In this document: one piece after another, positions 18,522-24,081 of the stretch | Layout of the letters: the number at the start of each line of letters is the position of its first letter | Numbering within the stretch: the stretch's first letter is position 1 | Virus record (IMG/VR): IMGVR_UViG_3300045988_090220 | Location: 1-44,398 of that record | Reading direction: 5' to 3' (one strand) | Origin: a virus | Length of the DNA stretch: 44,398 nucleotides | The notes under the pieces: generated by a model | What the model saw: only the letters and a program-made list of their open reading frames with translations | What the model was told of the DNA's origin: nothing | Databases searched by the model: none | Translations under genes and position numbers: made by a program

Positions 18522-18554
18522 AAAAACAACCGCCCCGGAATAGCACCGGGGCGG
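18522..18554 (-). terminator. Rho-independent terminator of the five-gene operon
   Basis: Minus strand CCGCCCCGG-TGCTATT-CCGGGGCGG followed by TTGTTTTT, about 95 nt downstream of the stop at 18648. Confidence 0.75.
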
Positions 18555-18647
18555 CGTTCACTTATTCAATTTCAGTATTTCAATCAGGATTTGAAACGGC
18601 AGCAAAAGCAACAAAAGAATTAAATACATAAAAAAATATATCTCCTT

Positions 18648-18914
18648 TCAAGAAAATGTAAAGCGCCTTGTTTCCGTGGCTCTGGTGTACTGTGCTGCCA
18701 CTCCCGGCAACTCTCGCTTTAATGCCGTAGTATCAATGCGGGAGCTTGTAACGGCCTTATATGTGGCCTTGTGTTCCGTCCCTGTTAGCGTGTCCGTGTT
18801 CTGTTCCTGCATAATCTGCTTTAACTGGTCTTTCAGGCCGTCCACCGTGGCGGCAATCTCTTCACCCATGCGGATATACTCCGCAAGCTCTTTCATAATA
18901 CTATCAATATTCAT
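18648..18914 (-). CDS. Hypothetical protein (88 aa)
   Basis: AT-rich ORF. N-terminal coiled-coil-like helix, then KATYKAVTSSRIDTTALKRELPGVAAQYTRATETRRFTFS. No domain I can name. Confidence 0.65.
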   Translation of the reverse strand: MNIDSIMKELAEYIRMGEEIAATVDGLKDQLKQIMQEQNTDTLTGTEHKATYKAVTSSRIDTTALKRELPGVAAQYTRATETRRFTFS

Positions 18915-18926
18915 ATTGCACCCCCG

Positions 18927-19274
18927 TTAAAATACCGTATCAACAACGGTTAGAATTGTTACCCACAGATCAATATACTGTGTGCTGTATCCGGTATAAT
19001 CGCCCCTGTCAAACTCTGTTTTGCCCGTGATAACATAGCCAACTTGTTTTGCGCCCCCGTCTGATAGATCAACGAACATTTCCGACTTGTTTTTAATGGC
19101 ATTTTTGGAAATGGTGATACAGTACTTTTCTTTCACCCGTTCCCGGTAAATTTCAAGCGCATTTTCCACGCTATCCGCATCTATGCGCATATCCGAAACA
19201 ATGCCGCCGTCAATGTACCACTTTTTATTGTTGTATTCTTTCATTGTTGCCGTTGTTTTGAAAATGTAATTCAT
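18927..19274 (-). CDS. Hypothetical protein (115 aa)
   Basis: ORF in the tightly packed island operon. Confidence 0.65.
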   Translation of the reverse strand: MNYIFKTTATMKEYNNKKWYIDGGIVSDMRIDADSVENALEIYRERVKEKYCITISKNAIKNKSEMFVDLSDGGAKQVGYVITGKTEFDRGDYTGYSTQYIDLWVTILTVVDTVF

Positions 19275-19276
19275 AA

Positions 19277-19525
19277 TTAAACCCCCATTCTAATACATTC
19301 ATCAAGTGGAATTTTATACCCATGCACCCGGAAAAATGCGCTATCTTTCCCGTTTGCGGGATAGTAGATTTTGCACCGGTGGAACGCTTTACCGCCGCCC
19401 CACGCCCCGGAAACACAATAAACATAATCGTTAACGCCGTATTCAATGCCTTTAATTTCAAGGCCATTTAAGCCGCTATAATATGCAATGCTTTCCCGGC
19501 TTTCGCAATATTCCCGTTTATTCAT
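19277..19525 (-). CDS. Hypothetical protein (82 aa)
   Basis: ORF in the tightly packed island operon. Confidence 0.6.
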   Translation of the reverse strand: MNKREYCESRESIAYYSGLNGLEIKGIEYGVNDYVYCVSGAWGGGKAFHRCKIYYPANGKDSAFFRVHGYKIPLDECIRMGV

Positions 19526-19862
19526 GATTGCAAACCCCCTTTATAAAATCCCTTGCAAGGCTTTTCAGGCTTTCCCGCTGCTGTTCATAGGAAAGGCTAT
19601 AATCATAGCGGATTTTTTCGGCCTGTTCTTCCACGGCTTTCACCTGTTCATAAGTGGGGCGGATATTTCCGAAAGGGGCATACCCGGTTACAATGGCAAC
19701 CCCGCCGCCCATATCGTAAATATCAGCCGCCCACCCTTCCCGGCGTTGTGTATAGGCAACCGGGCTTTCATAATTCAAAAGATACTGTAAACTACAATAG
19801 GAAACGCAAATAATTGTGGAATAACCGGCCTTTACTGCCTTTTGCGTTGTCTTGAATTTCAT
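19518..19862 (-). CDS. Hypothetical protein (about 114 aa)
   Basis: ATG at 19862 (MKFKTTQKAVKAGY) with an AAAGGGGTG RBS. The longer form starts at a TTG inside the upstream stop region. Confidence 0.6.
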   Translation of the reverse strand: MKFKTTQKAVKAGYSTIICVSYCSLQYLLNYESPVAYTQRREGWAADIYDMGGGVAIVTGYAPFGNIRPTYEQVKAVEEQAEKIRYDYSLSYEQQRESLKSLARDFIKGVCNHE

Positions 19863-19876
19863 GTGATACACCCCTT

Positions 19877-20230
19877 TCAATAATTCACGCTGTTAGCTGC
19901 ACGGCGTTTATACATGGCTTTCAAACTTTCGGCGGGGGTCATATCCGCCGCTTTCGGCTTTTCCATTTCTACCGGCTGCGTATCCCACCACGCTTTCCCG
20001 CCGCCGTTCATATCATAGAACGAAAGAAAACTATTCACATGGCGCATTGTAGTAGCAGAATAACCGCCCCACATACGAACGAACCGCCCCGCCGCCGTAA
20101 TACGGCAAACAAAAGTATTATAGGACTGTAAAACTTTTTCGCCGTTTTCCGTTTCAATGATTTTCGCCTTTCCGTAAAAACTTTTTGCTCGATCAGAACC
20201 GCAAACGGGTAAATCAAATATCTTTTTCAT
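19877..20230 (-). CDS. Hypothetical protein (117 aa)
   Basis: First gene of the island operon (MKKIFDLPVCGSDRAKSFYGKAKIIE...YSATTMRHVNSF). Confidence 0.65.
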   Translation of the reverse strand: MKKIFDLPVCGSDRAKSFYGKAKIIETENGEKVLQSYNTFVCRITAAGRFVRMWGGYSATTMRHVNSFLSFYDMNGGGKAWWDTQPVEMEKPKAADMTPAESLKAMYKRRAANSVNY

Positions 20231-20352
20231 AAAGTAATCAGCCTTTCATAATATATTCCATTCCGTTTTCCCATTTCGGCCTTGATACGCTGAAAGCCTA
20301 TTTCACCGGCCTACATGGGAAAATGTACGGGGATTTAATTTTCAAGGTGCAA

Positions 20353-20445
20353 TCAAGTGTTTTATTGATGGTTAGAGTATATCAAGCGTTTTATTGTTTG
20401 TCAAGCGTTTTATTGATATTTTATCAAGTTTTTTATTGACGCTTG
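20353..20445. promoter_or_regulatory. Four copies of TCAAG(C/T)(G/T)TTTTATTG plus one inverted half site
   Basis: Copies at 20353-20367, 20382-20396, 20401-20415 and 20424-20438. ACGCTTG (reverse complement of CAAGCGT) at 20439-20445. Confidence 0.6.
20376..20404 (-). promoter_or_regulatory. Consensus sigma70 promoter of the five-gene island operon
   Basis: Minus strand TTGACA-17 nt-TATACT. The spacer and -35 are built from the repeated 15-mer. Confidence 0.65.
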
Positions 20446-20619
20446 CAACCGTCTGAAAAACTACACTTTTTTGCACTATACATTATAAAGGGCAAAAACA
20501 CCGCCCCGATCAGGCCGGAACCCCGGCAACGCCCACGCCGCCGCGGTGGAACCCGCCGCCCCGATCAGGCCGGGAAAAGGAAAAGCCGCCGACCCCGTGA
20601 AGAGATCGGCAGCTCTGTC

Positions 20620-20774
20620 AAAGTCGCAGACCTTCGCCGGAAAGTCGCAAAGTCGCAAAGTCGTTCGGGCGAAAGTCGTGAAAGTCGCGGGATAGTTGCA
20701 AAGTCGCTCGGCATAGTCGTAAGCCATAGTCGCAAAAGTCGTGAAAGTCGCTCAGTCCTCCGGGTCATAGTCGC
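20620..20774. repeat. Array of 13 octamers (A/T)AAGTCG(C/T), read on the plus strand
   Basis: Copies start at 20620, 20641, 20649, 20657, 20672, 20681, 20692 (variant ATAGTTGC), 20700, 20713, 20726, 20735, 20744 and 20767. The array abuts the terS stop codon (20752-20754). Confidence 0.9.
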
Positions 20775-21321
20775 TGGACGAACCAACCACATCTTCGAGG
20801 TACTTCTTCTCCAAGTCCTCGGCGGGAACCTGATTTCCGAGCTGCTGGTTGGGTGTCAACACGACCTCCTGCTTGTCCGCATAGCCCATGTTGTTCTTCA
20901 TCAGGAAGATACCGGCAACCGGATTGATCTTTCCGTTCTGCATATAGTTTTCCATCTGAGCGTTCAAAAATTGATACGCCTTTTTTAGCAAGTCACGGCT
21001 TTCGGTGGGGATATAAGCACTTTCAATGCCATTTACCCATCTCCACAAAGTCATTCTATCAATGCCAAATGCCAATGCCATACCCGCAACAGAGGGTTTC
21101 ATGTCATCTTCGGCACAAATCCGAAAGTAATTTCTAATACGCTCAGTCACAGCTTCCGGCTTGGTCATATCCACAGCAGGCCAGTCCCACATTCTCAGAT
21201 CGTGTTCAAGAAACTTCCGATTATCTCCCGGTTGAAGCTGTGCCGTACTATCAGGCCGCTTATTGCCGCCAGTACCCTTCGGTCTGCCACGACCACGCTT
21301 TTTCACAATTTCATCTGCCAT
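20752..21321 (-). CDS. terS: Terminase small subunit (gp3-packaging type)
   Basis: 189 aa. Basic N-terminus KKRGRGRPKGTGG, HTH PSVAGMALAFGIDRMTLWRWVNG, and a C-terminal NPVAGIFLMKNNMGYADKQEV motif typical of small terminases. Confidence 0.8.
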   Translation of the reverse strand: MADEIVKKRGRGRPKGTGGNKRPDSTAQLQPGDNRKFLEHDLRMWDWPAVDMTKPEAVTERIRNYFRICAEDDMKPSVAGMALAFGIDRMTLWRWVNGIESAYIPTESRDLLKKAYQFLNAQMENYMQNGKINPVAGIFLMKNNMGYADKQEVVLTPNQQLGNQVPAEDLEKKYLEDVVGSSSDYDPED

Positions 21322-21348
21322 AGTCGTTTTCTCCTTTCAAAGTCGTCA

Positions 21349-21457
21349 AGGTGATAAAGGTGAGTAATCGGGTGCATTTTCCTATAACTATTTCTATATA
21401 CGCGCGTATAAGAGAGAGTTATAGGCATTTATGCCCGATTACTCACCTAACTCACCT
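21349..21457. repeat. Palindromic MITE-like element, copy A
   Basis: Left arm AGGTGATAAAGGTGAGTAATCGGG and right arm CCCGATTACTCACCTAACTCACCT. Inner inverted repeat CCTATAAC/GTTATAGG. Perfect 14-bp central palindrome TATACGCGCGTATA (21397-21410). Both arms are identical to copy B at 42960-43067. Confidence 0.9.
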
Positions 21458-21515
21458 AAAATACGAAAAACAATTTTTCAAAACACGCCAATTTGAAAAA
21501 AGTCTTTGCAGAAAC

Positions 21516-21541
21516 ACTCACCTTTATCACCTTTATCACCT
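21516..21541. repeat. Extra inverted arm ACTCACCTTTATCACCTTTATCACCT
   Basis: Nt 21516-21532 are the perfect reverse complement of 21349-21365. TTTATCACC is duplicated. Confidence 0.85.
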
Positions 21542-21543
21542 AA

Positions 21544-21873
21544 CTACCAGTCGGCATTGATGACCACCTTGTTTCCGTGAGCGAGTGCCGTTGCCACAAC
21601 TCTCTCCACGCCGTCCCAGTTGTAGACCTCTTTTTTCACAGCGTAATCGACAAGCTGCTTTGCCTGCTCGTTGTCAAGAACCATGTCCTTACCATACCAG
21701 TCGTTCTCCTTGGTTCGCTTTTCGTAAGGAACATAGTAGCCGAGCTTTTCCAGAAAGTCGTACCAAAGCCGACCACCGCTGTTAGTACCGTCAACCTCTA
21801 CCGTATTGACGACCTCACCACAATGAGGGCAGCGGACATCTCTGCGTTCCATGACCGTAATATCAAGACCCAT
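21544..21873 (-). CDS. Hypothetical protein with CPHCG zinc-knuckle
   Basis: 109-aa ORF with a GGAGGTG RBS. It is the last gene before terS. Confidence 0.6.
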   Translation of the reverse strand: MGLDITVMERRDVRCPHCGEVVNTVEVDGTNSGGRLWYDFLEKLGYYVPYEKRTKENDWYGKDMVLDNEQAKQLVDYAVKKEVYNWDGVERVVATALAHGNKVVINADW

Positions 21874-22078
21874 TTTCCAACACCTCCTGAGCCATCTTCA
21901 CCAGTTCGACCAAATCATAGAACCGCCGAGGGTCTAAACCGGTCTGCCGCTTCACCTTGTCCAAGTGATAGAGAACCGTGTTTCTGTGTGCAAAAATAGC
22001 ACGAGCAACATCGGTGACATTCATGTTGTGATTTGCCATCGCTATGACAATGTGAGCGTCTTCCTTATTCATAGTCAT
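21863..22078 (-). CDS. PucR/CdaR-type C-terminal HTH protein (candidate late regulator)
   Basis: MTMNKEDAHIVIAMANHNMNVTDVARAIFAHRNTVLYHLDKVKRQTGLDPRRF matches the HTH_30 pattern (..HrNTl.Yrl.ki...tG.d). Confidence 0.6.
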   Translation of the reverse strand: MTMNKEDAHIVIAMANHNMNVTDVARAIFAHRNTVLYHLDKVKRQTGLDPRRFYDLVELVKMAQEVLENGS

Positions 22079-22238
22079 CTGCTCCCCCTTTGGATTGCTG
22101 TCCAAAAATATTGGCGGCGATAAAGGCTTGGGTCAAAGTCATTGCTTCCTTTGAGGATGCTCCTGCGTCAATGAGATTGCGGTAGAAATTCAAAGAAGTT
22201 TCAGCCAAAATACCAATGGCTTTTAGAAATTCATTCAT
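22065..22238 (-). CDS. Small hypothetical protein (57 aa)
   Basis: Hand-translated MNEFLKAIGILAETSLNFYRNLIDAGASSKEAMTLTQAFIAANIFGQQSKGGADDYE. ATGA overlap with the FolD-like stop. Fills an otherwise empty gap. Confidence 0.5.
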   Translation of the reverse strand: MNEFLKAIGILAETSLNFYRNLIDAGASSKEAMTLTQAFIAANIFGQQSKGGADDYE

Positions 22239-22891
22239 GCCCTATGCTCCTTTCTTGCAAAGCGGTTGAGCAACACGCTCACGGTGAGCTGACCAATCCT
22301 GTTCACATAGGGACAGTTGAAGAAGTCAGGGAGAGGGACGCTGTTGCCGAGGTCGATGACCAGATCACGGGTGTTGTAGGAAATGTCCTTCGTGATAGTC
22401 GGCGTGGCGTAGATCACCACATCACGGTTTATCGTGGCCTGTAAAAGACTCTTAGTCTTGGAGTGCGCCACCGTCACCGTTGCGTTGTTGAGAGTGAGGT
22501 ACTTTGCCAAGTTCTGAACGGCGTGACCCCGGCCTACGATGGTAATGTCCTTGGCGTGAACCAAGTCCAGCGCAAACAAAAGGGTTAAAGTCGCCTGAGA
22601 GACAGCCGACATTCCCGGCGAGTAGGAGTTATCAATGTCCACATCGGCGGAAATCTGAACGCTGGCAGGGACAGTCTCACCGTCCACGATGACTCCCTGA
22701 TAGGGAGGGGTGAAGTGAAAGGTGTGGTCGCACTCGATACCGAAAGCGTCTGCTTTGCGGTGGACTGCTTTCAGGAACACGCTGTCCTGAGAACCCAGCA
22801 GAAGCAGCTTTCCAGAAGTGGGGAGCAAGCTGGCAGTCTCTTTGTCCAGAGCGGCAGAGAGGTCGTGGATTTTTGCCATTACATCATTCAT
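22235..22891 (-). CDS. Divergent FolD-like methylene-THF dehydrogenase/cyclohydrolase
   Basis: Start MNDVMAKIHDL (22891). ITIVGRGHAVQNLAKYLTLNNATVTVAHSKTKSL...DVVIYATPT...VIDLG...IGQLTVSVLLNR aligns by eye with the FolD NAD(P)-binding domain (VVIGASNIVGRP..LLL..ATVTxxHxxT..ADLLIVAVG..VIDVG..VGPMTVA.L). Confidence 0.55.
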   Translation of the reverse strand: MNDVMAKIHDLSAALDKETASLLPTSGKLLLLGSQDSVFLKAVHRKADAFGIECDHTFHFTPPYQGVIVDGETVPASVQISADVDIDNSYSPGMSAVSQATLTLLFALDLVHAKDITIVGRGHAVQNLAKYLTLNNATVTVAHSKTKSLLQATINRDVVIYATPTITKDISYNTRDLVIDLGNSVPLPDFFNCPYVNRIGQLTVSVLLNRFARKEHRA

Positions 22892-23069
22892 AGTGCTTCT
22901 CCTTTCTTTCAAAGTCATGGAGGGAGATCATCTTCTCACGGGTGAGCTTGTCAACCACCCGCCCGATCTCCGAGTAGCCGCAAACCGCTGCCAGCCGTTC
23001 AAGGTTTCCCTTGGTCTGTGCCGTGACTACGATAGAAATACGGCGGAGGTTCTTTTTCTCAGTCTTCAT
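22884..23069 (-). CDS. Ribbon-helix-helix (CopG/Arc-like) small protein
   Basis: MKTEKKNLRRISIVVTAQTKGNLERLAAVCGYSEIGRVVDKLTREK, with a GGAGGA RBS. Only the last 61 codons of track ORF 22884-23327 are plausible. Confidence 0.5.
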   Translation of the reverse strand: MKTEKKNLRRISIVVTAQTKGNLERLAAVCGYSEIGRVVDKLTREKMISLHDFERKEKHYE

Positions 23070-23364
23070 CGCTTTCCTCCGTGAACACGGTTCCCTCGAA
23101 CCCTTCCGCTCGACCGAGAAGTCTCCACAGTCCCTCGTCCTGTTCACCGCAACAGGGGCAGGATTTGGCGGCAATTTTTCCGAGTTTCTGAGGAAAATTC
23201 TCGTCTTCCTCGACATACAGAAGGTGTTCGCACTTGCGGCACATGAAGACGGTGAACATCGGGGGTAGTGGGATAGGTCGCTTTCGTCCACAACGATGAC
23301 AGACCCACTCGTGCTTCCAGTCTTCACGAGTCATTTCATTGCCACATACACACTTTTTACTCAT
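23059..23364 (-). CDS. Zinc-ribbon protein (four CxxC pairs)
   Basis: Start MSKKCVCGNEM (23364) after GGAGG. Motifs CVCG, CHRCG, CRKC and CPCCG. Confidence 0.55.
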   Translation of the reverse strand: MSKKCVCGNEMTREDWKHEWVCHRCGRKRPIPLPPMFTVFMCRKCEHLLYVEEDENFPQKLGKIAAKSCPCCGEQDEGLWRLLGRAEGFEGTVFTEESDED

Positions 23365-23554
23365 GTTTATCCTCCATTCGGTCGCAAACGTCAGAGATTG
23401 CACAGTCTTCACAGCCCTTATAATAAAAGCAGTCCCGGCAACAGGAAATGACAGGCATACACCGCTCAGCGTATTCTTCACAGTTAGCAACAGGGCAAGT
23501 GCCATCAACGCAGGCAACGCCCACATAATCGGGGCAGTATTCAGGCTTCATCAT
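23357..23554 (-). CDS. Cys-rich small protein (12 Cys in 65 aa)
   Basis: MMKPEYCPDYVGVACVDGTCPVANCEEYAERCMPVISCCRDCFYYKGCEDCAISDVCDRMEDKHE. Confidence 0.55.
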   Translation of the reverse strand: MMKPEYCPDYVGVACVDGTCPVANCEEYAERCMPVISCCRDCFYYKGCEDCAISDVCDRMEDKHE

Positions 23555-23906
23555 CGCTGTCCCCTTCCGTCAAAGCTCTTGCGAGATCGTCAATCGTCTG
23601 GTGCATGACTCTATCTCCAATATCATCTTCGTTCTGACACCAGAAAGAGAATTTCAGGTGTAGCAGCTCATGTACCAGCGTCTGTTCAAAGTCGAACGGT
23701 ACAATGCGGTCGCCGTAGTAGGCGGGGTCAATGATCTCGACACGAGCAACCTTGATTGATTCTGACCACTCGGTACAGCCTGCGACATCATTCATCGTCA
23801 TTTCTTCGGGGCGAAGGTGAGTCAACAGCTTTATTCGCCACTCCTGCAAGCAGAGTTTTCGCTTCCACTTTTCCAGCAGGGCGAGTTCTTCTTTACAGGC
23901 GACCAT
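23541..23906 (-). CDS. Putative zinc metallopeptidase-like protein (HExxH)
   Basis: 121 aa containing the HELLH motif (TLVHELLHLKF). Confidence 0.45.
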   Translation of the reverse strand: MVACKEELALLEKWKRKLCLQEWRIKLLTHLRPEEMTMNDVAGCTEWSESIKVARVEIIDPAYYGDRIVPFDFEQTLVHELLHLKFSFWCQNEDDIGDRVMHQTIDDLARALTEGDSDDEA

Positions 23907-24081
23907 GCTGACGCTCCTTCACAATACGAATTTTTCTCAGGCGTTTGCCGCACCGCTTACAGACTTCATAATTGCTCTGCCAGCGGTGAGAACCATTACG
24001 GTACTTGACCTGAATATGAACATACGGGTCTGCTGTGTGGATACCGAAGCGGCATAGGATAGAGTTACATGACCGGTTCAT
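23893..24081 (-). CDS. Small basic zinc-finger protein
   Basis: 62 aa. CNSILC...CKRCG. TAATG overlap with the helicase stop. Confidence 0.5.
   Translation of the reverse strand: MNRSCNSILCRFGIHTADPYVHIQVKYRNGSHRWQSNYEVCKRCGKRLRKIRIVKERQHGRL

Larger units (their letters stand above)
16327..20751 (-). mobile_element. Accessory island (moron or possible hitchhiking cassette) inserted between terS and terL
   Basis: Visibly AT-richer coding sequence, own consensus promoters and terminators, a serine resolvase and no packaging function. See findings. Confidence 0.45.

Noticed and set aside
18240-18647. A non-coding RNA or tRNA gene in the about 400-bp gap. The same question applies to 20446-20619.
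   Set aside because: I could not fold any cloverleaf and saw no conserved tRNA T-loop or anticodon-arm pattern by eye. The region is better explained as a terminator, a C-rich upstream block and a promoter. A covariance-model scan (tRNAscan-SE, Infernal/Rfam) would be needed to exclude a small RNA.
20443-20988. ORFs 20443-20988 (+), 20476-20727 (-) and 20565-20792 (-) over the octamer array.
   Set aside because: Their sequences are simply the AAAGTCGY repeat read in three frames (SRKSRESR..., DFATF..., and so on). They have no RBS and overlap the terS 3' end. I treat the region as non-coding repeat DNA.
22884-23327. The full 147-aa form of track ORF 22884-23327, and the 155-aa form of 23059-23526.
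   Set aside because: Their N-terminal parts overlap better-supported neighbouring genes in other frames and lack RBSs. Only the C-terminal segments, which start at internal ATGs preceded by GGAGG, were kept (22884-23069 and 23059-23364).
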